The translations under genes and the position numbers were made by a program. The notes beneath the pieces are model-generated. The model had not been told where the DNA came from. It searched no databases and worked only from the letters and a program-made list of their open reading frames with translations. A stretch of DNA of 56,641 nt from a plasmid. Below, in pieces: positions 21,187-32,532 of this stretch. Within the stretch, counting starts at the first letter, position 1; every line of letters begins with the position of its first letter. The DNA is taken from sequence record OW849040.1; one strand, written 5' to 3'.

Positions 21187-22182
21187 ATGACTGATGCAGC
21201 TTTCTATCAACTTGGCCCACTGCGCGAGTATTTAGAAGATCCTACTGTTTTTGAAATTCGCATTAACTGCTTTCAGGAAGTTATCTGTGATACGTTCAGC
21301 GGCCGCAGGGTTGTGCAGAACGCGGCAATTACGGCAGATTTTATTAGGAACCTTGCTAAATCGTTGGTGAGCAGCAACAAGCTGACCATGCAGGCCATTA
21401 ATGACGTGATCCTGCCTGGCGGGATCAGGGGCGTTATCTGTCTGCCCCCTGCGGTGATTGACGGTACAACGGCCGTAGCGTTTCGTAAGGATTTGGCGGC
21501 CGATAAAAATCTGGAGCAGCTGACCAGCGAGGGGATTTTCAGTGACTGCCGGAAGATTACCGGCAGCAAGCAAAGCCTAACGGATGATGATTTTTTCCTT
21601 AAAGAGCTGCACAGCAGCGAAAAATGGCCCGCATTCCTGCAAACCGCCGTTGAGAAGAAACGCACTATCGTGATCTGCGGTGAAACCGGGTCGGGGAAAA
21701 CGGTACTCACGCGCGCGCTGTTAAAATCGCTACATAAAGACGAGCGTGTAATTATTTTAGAGGACGTTCACGAAGTCACGGTCGATCACGTTGTAGAAGC
21801 CGTTTATATGATGTACGGCGATGCAGGAAAGATCGGCCGCGTCAGCGCCACTGATGCCCTGCGAGCCTGTATGCGTCTGACACCGGGCCGTATCATCATG
21901 ACTGAGCTTAGGGATGATGCTGCGTGGGATTATCTTAAAGCACTTAATACCGGCCATCCAGGCGGTGTTATGTCAACGCACGCTAACTCTGCGCGCGATG
22001 CCTTTAACCGTATTGGGCTGCTTATCAAGGCGACCCCTATCGGCCGTATGCTCGATATGAGCGATATTATGCGAATGCTCTACTCCACCATTGACGTTGT
22101 GGTGCATATGGAAAAGCGGAAAATCAAAGAAATTTATTTTGACCCTGAATATAAAATGCAGTGTGTGAACGGGAGCCTGTAA
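21187..22182 (+). CDS. traG: VirB11-like secretion ATPase (pKM101 TraG)
   Basis: 331 aa, Walker A GETGSGKT. Preceded by hairpin GGGCGCT-TA-AGCGCCC (21150-21172). Confidence 0.9.
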   Translation: MTDAAFYQLGPLREYLEDPTVFEIRINCFQEVICDTFSGRRVVQNAAITADFIRNLAKSLVSSNKLTMQAINDVILPGGIRGVICLPPAVIDGTTAVAFRKDLAADKNLEQLTSEGIFSDCRKITGSKQSLTDDDFFLKELHSSEKWPAFLQTAVEKKRTIVICGETGSGKTVLTRALLKSLHKDERVIILEDVHEVTVDHVVEAVYMMYGDAGKIGRVSATDALRACMRLTPGRIIMTELRDDAAWDYLKALNTGHPGGVMSTHANSARDAFNRIGLLIKATPIGRMLDMSDIMRMLYSTIDVVVHMEKRKIKEIYFDPEYKMQCVNGSL

Positions 22183-22715
22183 TGAAAAACTTAGCAACCT
22201 GGCTTCTGGCCGCAGCATTTACGACAGCCGCCCTGCCCGCCTTTGCGGTGGAACCATCCGTTCAGGTTGGCTACTCGCCTGAAGGAAGCGCCCGCGTTCT
22301 CGTCCTGAGCGCCATTGACTCCGCAAAAACCTCGATACGGATGATGGCTTATTCTTTTACCGCCCCGGATATTATGAAGGCACTGGTAGCAGCCAAAAAA
22401 CGGGGAGTTGATGTGAAAATCGTAATTGATGAAAGGGGCAATACGGGGCGCGCCAGCATTGCGGCCATGAACTACATAGCGAACAGCGGCATCCCTTTGC
22501 GTACTGACAGTGATTTCCCTATCCAGCATGACAAGGTGATCATCGTGGATAATGTGACCGTTGAAACTGGCAGCTTTAATTTCACCAAAGCGGCCGAAAC
22601 GAAAAACTCGGAGAATGCGGTGGTGATCTGGAACATGCCTAAGCTCGCTGAATCATTCCTCGAACACTGGCAAGACCGCTGGAATCGGGGGAGAGACTAC
22701 CGTTCCAGCTACTGA
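22182..22715 (+). CDS. nuc: Phospholipase-D-family periplasmic endonuclease (pKM101 Nuc-like)
   Basis: 177 aa with signal peptide, directly after virB11 as in pKM101. Confidence 0.75.
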   Translation: MKNLATWLLAAAFTTAALPAFAVEPSVQVGYSPEGSARVLVLSAIDSAKTSIRMMAYSFTAPDIMKALVAAKKRGVDVKIVIDERGNTGRASIAAMNYIANSGIPLRTDSDFPIQHDKVIIVDNVTVETGSFNFTKAAETKNSENAVVIWNMPKLAESFLEHWQDRWNRGRDYRSSY

Positions 22716-22721
22716 ATACTG

Positions 22722-22746
22722 ACCGCCGAAAGGCGGTTTTTTTTGT
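22722..22746 (+). terminator. Rho-independent terminator (CCGCCGAAAGGCGG plus T-run) ending the T4SS/nuc operon
   Basis: Read directly. Confidence 0.7.
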
Positions 22747-22888
22747 TCAAAGAAACTGATCTCAGTATCGCGCACGGGGCAGCTGGCCAACGTCGCCGGC
22801 ATCGCGCCGGCAAAAATCGAAAAACAGAAATATCAGCAAGATAGCTTAAACAGGTGTCGGGAAATTTCGTTGAGATATTTTGAAGGAA

Positions 22889-23178
22889 TCACAGTGTAAG
22901 CAGGCGGCCTATTTCAAAAAAGGCGGCTGTACGGTAGTCACTGACTCTCTCGCAGATCTTCCCGCTCATGTACCAGTAATACCCGTCAGTGCTGACAATA
23001 TCGAGCAAATACCGCATATCATAAACCGTATCGGGTATTACCTCACCCTCACCGGCCAGAACGCCGCTGGCAATAGAATGGTTCCCTCCTCGTACAAAGC
23101 CTATCCGCCAGGGCAACCACAAAGTAACGCGGTGGTTAATATCCTGTACCCACGGATTGCCCTTAGCGCTGCCTATAT
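22889..23178 (-). pseudogene. fipA: 3-prime half (94 codons) of a 208-aa backbone gene split by the 23179-36583 transposon. The 5-prime half is 36584-36925. Possibly fipA
   Basis: Reading frame continues in phase across the TATAT target duplication from ...SALADI (36584 side) to GSAKGNPWVQ... (23178 side). fipA naming is only from pKM101 gene order (nuc-fipA-traI). Confidence 0.5.
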
Positions 23179-23442
23179 GGGGTCTGAGGTCCAACCATGC
23201 GAAAAACCACGTTAAGAAAGCAACCTTCTGAAAAGGCGACGTTTATCAGTTTTTTTTCCGGCCATAAAGGGGGCGGAAATTATTCCCTGCACGGGTATTC
23301 GCAAGGATTTCGGTAGTGCTCTGGCTCTGCCCCCCATAACCTGGCGGACAGAGCATGATTGGGAAAGCGGTACCCTCACGGCAGAAACGATTGACGCAGG
23401 CTATATTTCTATTATTCTGGAAATATAGATAAAGGAGGTATT

Positions 23443-23624
23443 ATGGATTTAAACACTGCTGCAAACGCACTTCGAGAACTGGGCCACCCGACACGTCTCA
23501 GCATATACCGGGAGCTGGTCAGGGCGGGTCATGAAGGCCTGCCGGTTGGCGAACTGCAGAAGCACCTTGAGATTCCTGCCTCCACGCTCAGCCATCATCT
23601 TTCAGCGCTGATATCCGCTGGACG
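23443..23624 (+). pseudogene. ArsR/SmtB-family regulator gene, truncated by IS26 after about 60 codons. Upstream inverted repeat ATATTTC-N10-GAAATAT (23414-23437) is a likely operator
   Basis: HTH segment PTRLSIYRELVRAGHEGLPVGELQKHLEIPASTLSHHLSAL. The ORF runs into the IS26 IRL at 23625. Confidence 0.5.
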
Positions 23625-24443
23625 GCACTGTTGCAAATAGTCGGTGGTGATAAACTTATCATCCCCTTTTGCTGATGGAGCTGCACATGAACCCATTCAA
23701 AGGCCGGCATTTTCAGCGTGACATCATTCTGTGGGCCGTACGCTGGTACTGCAAATACGGCATCAGTTACCGTGAGCTGCAGGAGATGCTGGCTGAACGC
23801 GGAGTGAATGTCGATCACTCCACGATTTACCGCTGGGTTCAGCGTTATGCGCCTGAAATGGAAAAACGGCTGCGCTGGTACTGGCGTAACCCTTCCGATC
23901 TTTGCCCGTGGCACATGGATGAAACCTACGTGAAGGTCAATGGCCGCTGGGCGTATCTGTACCGGGCCGTCGACAGCCGGGGCCGCACTGTCGATTTTTA
24001 TCTCTCCTCCCGTCGTAACAGCAAAGCTGCATACCGGTTTCTGGGTAAAATCCTCAACAACGTGAAGAAGTGGCAGATCCCGCGATTCATCAACACGGAT
24101 AAAGCGCCCGCCTATGGTCGCGCGCTTGCTCTGCTCAAACGCGAAGGCCGGTGCCCGTCTGACGTTGAACACCGACAGATTAAGTACCGGAACAACGTGA
24201 TTGAATGCGATCATGGCAAACTGAAACGGATAATCGGCGCCACGCTGGGATTTAAATCCATGAAGACGGCTTACGCCACCATCAAAGGTATTGAGGTGAT
24301 GCGTGCACTACGCAAAGGCCAGGCCTCAGCATTTTATTATGGTGATCCCCTGGGCGAAATGCGCCTGGTAAGCAGAGTTTTTGAAATGTAAGGCCTTTGA
24401 ATAAGACAAAAGGCTGCCTCATCGCTAACTTTGCAACAGTGCC
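23625..24443 (+). mobile_element. IS26 (complete copy). No 8-bp target duplication (cgctggac vs ttttttcc), consistent with IS26-mediated rearrangement
   Basis: GGCACTGTTGCAAA ends at both termini. Tnp26 ORF intact. Confidence 0.9.
23687..24391 (+). CDS. tnp26: IS26 transposase Tnp26
   Basis: 234 aa MNPFKGRHFQRDIILWAVRWYCKYGISYRELQEMLAERGVNVDHSTIYRWVQRYAPEM... Confidence 0.9.
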   Translation: MNPFKGRHFQRDIILWAVRWYCKYGISYRELQEMLAERGVNVDHSTIYRWVQRYAPEMEKRLRWYWRNPSDLCPWHMDETYVKVNGRWAYLYRAVDSRGRTVDFYLSSRRNSKAAYRFLGKILNNVKKWQIPRFINTDKAPAYGRALALLKREGRCPSDVEHRQIKYRNNVIECDHGKLKRIIGATLGFKSMKTAYATIKGIEVMRALRKGQASAFYYGDPLGEMRLVSRVFEM

Positions 24444-24895
24444 TTTTTTCCTGCGGTGTACGACGCCGACGCCGCTCAGGTCCTGATAACACTCCAACCA
24501 TCTTATCGTTCTGACTGGTATTAAACATAGTTCCAAGACTACCTCTTATTTTAAGAGAGTCGAAGTGTCTGGTGATCTATGGGGCCAGTCTAGCCCTCTT
24601 CCAAGTGTAGGGAGATATAGTCAAAGTTTGCTTCTCCGCCGATGAGTCCGCCCTGCGTCGGATAGTCCGATTTTTTACCGGCGAAGCACGGCTCTCCTAA
24701 CCCTATCTAAAGCGAATAACTTTTTTCAACAGGGCCGCGTGCCAATGCAAGAGCGATAGGCGCTCTACGCGCCAATTTGACCACTTAAAACAGGTAAATT
24801 GAGGGGTTGTAATGTGTTGATGTAACAGGCTTTTATTTTAATGTCTTGGCATATGTATAATGGTAGTCTAGCCCTCCTTTCAACAAGGAGTACTC

Positions 24896-25552
24896 ATGGA
24901 AACCTACAATCATACATATCGGCACCACAACTTTTCACATAAAGACTTAAGTGATCTCACCTTCACCGCTTGCACATTCATTCGCAGCGACTTTCGACGT
25001 GCTAACTTGCGTGATACGACATTCGTCAACTGCAAGTTCATTGAACAGGGTGATATCGAAGGCTGCCACTTTGATGTCGCAGATCTTCGTGATGCAAGTT
25101 TCCAACAATGCCAACTTGCGATGGCAAACTTCAGTAATGCCAATTGCTACGGTATAGAGTTCCGTGCGTGTGATTTAAAAGGTGCCAACTTTTCCCGAAC
25201 AAACTTTGCCCATCAAGTGAGTAATCGTATGTACTTTTGCTCAGCATTTATTTCTGGATGTAATCTTTCCTATGCCAATATGGAGAGGGTTTGTTTAGAA
25301 AAATGTGAGTTGTTTGAAAATCGCTGGATAGGAACGAACCTAGCGGGTGCATCACTGAAAGAGTCAGACTTAAGTCGAGGTGTTTTTTCCGAAGATGTCT
25401 GGGGGCAATTTAGCCTACAGGGTGCCAATTTATGCCACGCCGAACTCGACGGTTTAGATCCCCGCAAAGTCGATACATCAGGTATCAAAATTGCAGCCTG
25501 GCAGCAAGAACTGATTCTCGAAGCACTGGGTATTGTTGTTTATCCTGACTAA
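24896..25552 (+). CDS. qnrS1: Pentapeptide-repeat quinolone-resistance protein QnrS1
   Basis: 218 aa METYNHTYRHHNFSHKDLSDLTFTACTFIRSDF..., recalled as QnrS1. Allele-level identity not verifiable here. Confidence 0.85.
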   Translation: METYNHTYRHHNFSHKDLSDLTFTACTFIRSDFRRANLRDTTFVNCKFIEQGDIEGCHFDVADLRDASFQQCQLAMANFSNANCYGIEFRACDLKGANFSRTNFAHQVSNRMYFCSAFISGCNLSYANMERVCLEKCELFENRWIGTNLAGASLKESDLSRGVFSEDVWGQFSLQGANLCHAELDGLDPRKVDTSGIKIAAWQQELILEALGIVVYPD

Positions 25553-25870
25553 TTGCTTTGATGTGTGATTTTAAACGCTCAAATTTATAAAACGAATAAT
25601 ATTGTCAACCTTGCAATAATAGACATAGGGACAACCATGTATAAATTTTTACCCTCAGGCGTCTTCACAATAGAGCCATATAGCAGTGGGTCACTTAGTG
25701 GGCTTAATTTTTCCATTAAAGATAATATTAATATTGCTCAGTATAAAACATCATATGGTAGCCCATCTTGGCAAGTAAACATAAGGCTGCCATTTATAAG
25801 GCACTGTTGCAAAAATGTGGAGGTGATAGGGGTACTACGCCGGAACCCCAGATTTTTCCGTCCGTTCAAA

Positions 25871-26485
25871 TTATCCACGGTTGAACAGCTTGATCCCGTC
25901 CGCCCGCAGTTGACCAACAGGGGAAATATGCCTGTACAAAGTTTGCCGGGTTATCCCAAGTTCCTGGCATAGCGTACTGACCTTTGTTTCTGATTGTCCC
26001 ATTGATGCCATTGCCAGTCGCAGTTTGACTGGCGTCATTTTATAAGGTCGGCCGCCGTTCCGCCCACGGGCTCTTGCTGATGCCAGACCTGCAGTCGTTC
26101 TTTCAGCAATCAGTTCGCGCTCAAACTCCGCCAGTGCGGCAAAGATACCGAAGACAAGCTTGCCAGCGGCCGTTGTTGTGTCGATAGTCGCCCCGTGACC
26201 GGTCAGCACTTTCAGACCGGTCCCCCTCGCGGTCAGGTCGTGCACTGTATTAATGAGATGACGAAGATCACGACCGAGGCGGTCCAGCTTCCATACGACC
26301 AGCGTGTCTCCGGGTCGTAGTGCTTTCAGACAGGCTGTAAGTCCAGGACGCTCTTCTCGTTTGCCCGATGCCCGGTCCTCATAAAAATGTGCGGCATCAA
26401 CACCTGCGGCGATCAGTGCATCACGTTGTAAATCATTCGTCTGCGAACCATCCGCTTTTGACATCCGAATATATCCGATGAACAT
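25871..26485 (-). CDS. tnpR: Serine recombinase / resolvase (TnpR-like) linked to qnrS1
   Basis: Start MFIGYIRMS (catalytic Ser motif) behind AGAGGAAAT RBS. 204 aa with C-terminal HTH. The ORF track extends to 26539. Confidence 0.75.
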   Translation of the reverse strand: MFIGYIRMSKADGSQTNDLQRDALIAAGVDAAHFYEDRASGKREERPGLTACLKALRPGDTLVVWKLDRLGRDLRHLINTVHDLTARGTGLKVLTGHGATIDTTTAAGKLVFGIFAALAEFERELIAERTTAGLASARARGRNGGRPYKMTPVKLRLAMASMGQSETKVSTLCQELGITRQTLYRHISPVGQLRADGIKLFNRG

Positions 26486-26852
26486 ATTTCCTCTGTCACA
26501 TATACGTTCGATTATGTGACATTCTGATTTGGGTACCATAATCTGTCAACGGTAGTCACATTACCCGTAATTTAAATTATGACACGTAAAGGTTCTATGT
26601 TAATGAGGCACTGTTGCAAAGTTAGCGATGAGGCAGCCTTTTGTCTTATTCAAAGGCCTTACATTTCAAAAACTCTGCTTACCAGGCGCATTTCGCCCAG
26701 GGGATGGGGTCTGACGCTCAGTGGAACGAAAACTCACGTTAAGGGATTTTGGTCATGAGATTATCAAAAAGGATCTTCACCTAGATCCTTTTAAATTAAA
26801 AATGAAGTTTTAAATCAATCTAAAGTATATATGAGTAAACTTGGTCTGACAG

Positions 26853-27725
<873 letters not shown>

Positions 27726-27895
27726 TCAATATTATTGAAGCATTTACCAGGGTTATTGTCTCATGAGCGGATACATATTTGAATGTATTTAGAAAAATAA
27801 ACAAATAGGGGTTCCGCGCACATTTCCCCGAAAAGTGCCACCTGACGTCTAAGAAACCATTATTATCATGACATTAACCTATAAAAATAGGCGTA

Positions 27896-28555
<660 letters not shown>

Positions 28556-28616
28556 TTATAACATTTCGTACGGTTGGAAAAATGTTACTAAATGCCCGTC
28601 AGGCAGGGAGGCCGAT

Positions 28617-31600
28617 ATGCCCGTTGACTTTCTGACCACTGAGCAGACTGAAAGCTATGGCAGATTCACCGGTGAACCGGATGAGCTTCAGCTGGCACGA
28701 TATTTTCACCTTGATGAAGCAGACAAGGAATTTATCGGAAAAAGCAGAGGTGATCACAACCGTCTGGGCATTGCCCTGCAAATTGGATGTGTCCGTTTTC
28801 TGGGCACCTTCCTCACCGATATGAATCATATTCCTTCCGGCGTCCGGCATTTTACCGCCAGACAGCTCGGGATTCGTGATATCACCGTTCTTGCAGAATA
28901 CGGTCAGAGGGAAAATACCCGCCGTGAGCATGCAGCGCTGATACGTCAGCACTATCAGTATCGTGAATTTGCCTGGCCCTGGACATTTCGCCTTACCCGT
29001 CTTTTATATACCCGGAGCTGGATAAGCAACGAACGTCCTGGCCTGCTTTTCGATCTGGCGACAGGGTGGCTTATGCAACATCGTATTATTCTCCCCGGAG
29101 CCACTACGCTGACCCGGTTGATTTCAGAGGTAAGGGAAAAGGCGACGTTGCGCCTGTGGAACAAACTGGCACTGATACCGTCAGCCGAACAGCGTTCACA
29201 GCTGGAGATGCTGCTGGGGCCAACTGATTGCAGCCGCCTGTCTTTACTGGAATCACTGAAAAAGGGCCCTGTGACCATCAGTGGTCCGGCGTTTAATGAA
29301 GCAATTGAACGCTGGAAAACTCTGAACGATTTTGGCCTGCATGCTGAAAACCTGAGTACACTCCCGGCTGTGCGCCTGAAAAATCTCGCACGTTATGCTG
29401 GTATGACTTCGGTGTTCAATATTGCCAGGATGTCACCGCAGAAAAGGATGGCGGTTCTGGTTGCCTTTGTCCTTGCATGGGAAACGCTGGCGCTGGATGA
29501 TGCATTGGACGTTCTGGACGCCATGCTGGCCGTTATCATCCGTGACGCCAGAAAGATTGGGCAGAAAAAACGGCTCCGCTCGCTGAAGGATCTGGATAAA
29601 TCTGCATTGGCGCTCGCCAGCGCATGTTCGTACCTGCTGAAAGAAGAAACACCGGACGAATCGATTCGTGCTGAGGTGTTCAGCTACATCCCAAGGCAAA
29701 AGCTGGCTGAAATCATCACGCTTGTCCGTGAAATTGCCCGGCCCTCAGACGATAATTTTCATGAAGAAATGGTGGAGCAGTACGGGCGCGTTCGTCGTTT
29801 CCTGCCCCATCTGCTGAATACCGTTAAATTTTCATCCGCACCTGCCGGGGTTACCACTCTGAATGCCTGTGACTACCTCAGCCGGGAGTTCAGCTCACGG
29901 CGGCAGTTTTTTGACGACGCACCAACGGAAATTATCAGTCGGTCATGGAAACGGCTGGTGATTAACAAGGAAAAACATATCACCCGCAGGGGATACACGC
30001 TCTGCTTTCTCAGTAAACTGCAGGATAGTCTGAGGCGGAGGGATGTCTACGTTACCGGCAGTAACCGGTGGGGAGATCCTCGTGCAAGATTACTACAGGG
30101 TGCTGACTGGCAGGCAAACCGGATTAAGGTTTATCGTTCTTTGGGGCACCCGACAGACCCGCAGGAAGCAATAAAATCTCTGGGTCATCAGCTTGATAGT
30201 CGTTACAGACAGGTTGCTGCACGTCTTTGCGAAAATGAGGCTGTCGAACTCGATGTTTCTGGCCCGAAGCCCCGGTTGACAATTTCTCCCCTCGCCAGTC
30301 TTGATGAGCCGGACAGTCTGAAACGACTGAGCAAAATGATCAGTGATCTACTCCCTCCGGTGGATTTAACGGAGTTGCTGCTCGAAATTAACGCCCATAC
30401 CGGATTTGCTGATGAGTTTTTCCATGCTAGTGAAGCCAGTGCCAGAGTTGATGATCTGCCCGTCAGCATCAGCGCCGTGCTGATGGCTGAAGCCTGCAAT
30501 ATCGGTCTGGAACCACTGATCAGATCAAATGTTCCTGCACTGACCCGACACCGGCTGAACTGGACAAAAGCGAACTATCTGCGGGCTGAAACTATCACCA
30601 GCGCTAATGCCAGACTGGTTGATTTTCAGGCAACGCTGCCACTGGCACAGATATGGGGTGGAGGAGAAGTGGCATCTGCAGATGGAATGCGCTTTGTTAC
30701 GCCAGTCAGAACAATCAATGCCGGACCGAACCGCAAATACTTTGGTAATAACAGAGGGATCACCTGGTACAACTTTGTGTCCGATCAGTATTCCGGCTTT
30801 CATGGCATCGTTATACCGGGGACGCTGAGGGACTCTATCTTTGTGCTGGAAGGTCTTCTGGAACAGGAGACCGGGCTGAATCCAACCGAAATTATGACCG
30901 ATACAGCAGGTGCCAGCGAACTTGTCTTTGGCCTTTTCTGGCTGCTGGGATACCAGTTTTCTCCACGCCTGGCTGATGCCGGTGCTTCGGTTTTCTGGCG
31001 AATGGACCATGATGCCGACTATGGCGTGCTGAATGATATTGCCAGAGGGCAATCAGATCCCCGAAAAATAGTCCTTCAGTGGGACGAAATGATCCGGACC
31101 GCTGGCTCCCTGAAGCTGGGCAAAGTACAGGTTTCAGTGCTGGTCCGTTCATTGCTGAAAAGTGAACGTCCTTCCGGACTGACTCAGGCAATCATTGAAG
31201 TGGGGCGCATCAACAAAACGCTGTATCTGCTTAATTATATTGATGATGAAGATTACCGCCGGCGCATTCTGACCCAGCTTAATCGGGGAGAAAGTCGCCA
31301 TGCCGTTGCCAGAGCCATCTGTCACGGTCAAAAAGGTGAGATAAGAAAACGATATACCGACGGTCAGGAAGATCAACTGGGCACACTGGGGCTGGTCACT
31401 AACGCCGTCGTGTTATGGAACACTATTTATATGCAGGCAGCCCTGGATCATCTCCGGGCGCAGGGTGAAACACTGAATGATGAAGATATCGCACGCCTCT
31501 CCCCGCTTTGCCACGGACATATCAATATGCTCGGCCATTATTCCTTCACGCTGGCAGAACTGGTGACCAAAGGACATCTGAGACCATTAAAAGAGGCGTC

Positions 31601-31622
31601 AGAGGCAGAAAACGTTGCTTAA
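28617..31622 (+). CDS. tnpA: Tn3-family transposase TnpA
   Basis: 1001 aa from MPVDFLTTEQ. Stop lies inside the terminal IR. The ORF track extends upstream to 28458. Confidence 0.9.
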   Translation: MPVDFLTTEQTESYGRFTGEPDELQLARYFHLDEADKEFIGKSRGDHNRLGIALQIGCVRFLGTFLTDMNHIPSGVRHFTARQLGIRDITVLAEYGQRENTRREHAALIRQHYQYREFAWPWTFRLTRLLYTRSWISNERPGLLFDLATGWLMQHRIILPGATTLTRLISEVREKATLRLWNKLALIPSAEQRSQLEMLLGPTDCSRLSLLESLKKGPVTISGPAFNEAIERWKTLNDFGLHAENLSTLPAVRLKNLARYAGMTSVFNIARMSPQKRMAVLVAFVLAWETLALDDALDVLDAMLAVIIRDARKIGQKKRLRSLKDLDKSALALASACSYLLKEETPDESIRAEVFSYIPRQKLAEIITLVREIARPSDDNFHEEMVEQYGRVRRFLPHLLNTVKFSSAPAGVTTLNACDYLSREFSSRRQFFDDAPTEIISRSWKRLVINKEKHITRRGYTLCFLSKLQDSLRRRDVYVTGSNRWGDPRARLLQGADWQANRIKVYRSLGHPTDPQEAIKSLGHQLDSRYRQVAARLCENEAVELDVSGPKPRLTISPLASLDEPDSLKRLSKMISDLLPPVDLTELLLEINAHTGFADEFFHASEASARVDDLPVSISAVLMAEACNIGLEPLIRSNVPALTRHRLNWTKANYLRAETITSANARLVDFQATLPLAQIWGGGEVASADGMRFVTPVRTINAGPNRKYFGNNRGITWYNFVSDQYSGFHGIVIPGTLRDSIFVLEGLLEQETGLNPTEIMTDTAGASELVFGLFWLLGYQFSPRLADAGASVFWRMDHDADYGVLNDIARGQSDPRKIVLQWDEMIRTAGSLKLGKVQVSVLVRSLLKSERPSGLTQAIIEVGRINKTLYLLNYIDDEDYRRRILTQLNRGESRHAVARAICHGQKGEIRKRYTDGQEDQLGTLGLVTNAVVLWNTIYMQAALDHLRAQGETLNDEDIARLSPLCHGHINMLGHYSFTLAELVTKGHLRPLKEASEAENVA

Positions 31623-32381
31623 CGTGAGTTTTCGTTCCACTGAGCGTCAGACCCCGGGATCACCATAATAAAATGCTGAGGCCTGGCCTTTGCGTAGTGC
31701 ACGCATCACCTCAATACCTTTGATGGTGGCGTAAGCCGTCTTCATGGATTTAAATCCCAGCGTGGCGCCGATTATCCGTTTCAGTTTGCCATGATCGCAT
31801 TCAATCACGTTGTTCCGGTACTTAATCTGTCGGTGTTCAACGTCAGACGGGCACCGGCCTTCGCGTTTGAGCAGAGCAAGCGCGCGACCATAGGCGGGCG
31901 CTTTATCCGTGTTGATGAATCGCGGGATCTGCCACTTCTTCACGTTGTTGAGGATTTTACCCAGAAACCGGTATGCAGCTTTGCTGTTACGACGGGAGGA
32001 GAGATAAAAATCGACAGTGCGGCCCCGGCTGTCGACGGCCCGGTACAGATACGCCCAGCGGCCATTGACCTTCACGTAGGTTTCATCCATGTGCCACGGG
32101 CAAAGATCGGAAGGGTTACGCCAGTACCAGCGCAGCCGTTTTTCCATTTCAGGCGCATAACGCTGAACCCAGCGGTAAATCGTGGAGTGATCGACATTCA
32201 CTCCGCGTTCAGCCAGCATCTCCTGCAGCTCACGGTAACTGATGCCGTATTTGCAGTACCAGCGTACGGCCCACAGAATGATGTCACGCTGAAAATGCCG
32301 GCCTTTGAATGGGTTCATGTGCAGCTCCATCAGCAAAAGGGGATGATAAGTTTATCACCACCGACTATTTGCAACAGTGCC

Positions 32382-32499
32382 CAGTCCACGCCTCAGAACT
32401 TGTGGGCTCGCTTTTAAAAAGTTCCCGTCCGTCAGGGCTGGCGCAGGCGATTATGGAGGTGGGACGGGTCAACAAGACGCTGTACCTCCTCAACTACAT
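32382..32499 (+). pseudogene. Internal fragment (about 39 codons, ...LKSSRPSGLAQAIMEVGRVNKTLYLLNY) of a Tn3/gamma-delta-like tnpA. Continues at 36164-36550 on the other side of Tn5403
   Basis: In-frame continuity LLNY / IDDEDYRRRILTQ across the Tn5403 insertion. 5-prime side cut by IS26. Confidence 0.7.
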
Positions 32500-32532
32500 G
32501 GGGTCGGTTCCGGCTGAGGGCGAAATGACACC

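Noticed and set aside
22880-23215. Plus-strand 111-aa ORF with TTG start overlapping the minus-strand 22889-23194 ORF
   Set aside because: The minus-strand frame is explained as the C-terminal half of the split backbone gene and reads continuously into the partner half. The plus-strand ORF has a weak TTG start and no RBS.
25801-25814. The 14-bp IS26-type IR as evidence of a third IS26 copy
   Set aside because: Only the terminal repeat plus about 20 bp of diverged IS6-like sequence is present. No transposase sequence follows.
25565-25972. Plus-strand 135-aa ORF downstream of qnrS1
   Set aside because: Runs across the IS6-type IR remnant and antisense into the resolvase gene. No RBS. Low-complexity translation.
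28599-31376. Several minus-strand ORFs inside Tn3 tnpA (28599-28952, 28955-29278, 30525-31052 and others) and plus-strand ORFs inside Tn5403 tnpA (33559-34107, 34324-34878)
   Set aside because: Antisense to long, well-supported transposase genes.
31791-32417. 208-aa ORF antisense within IS26 (also 23588-24214)
   Set aside because: Known frame-shadow ORF inside every IS26 copy. Identical in both copies because the DNA is identical.
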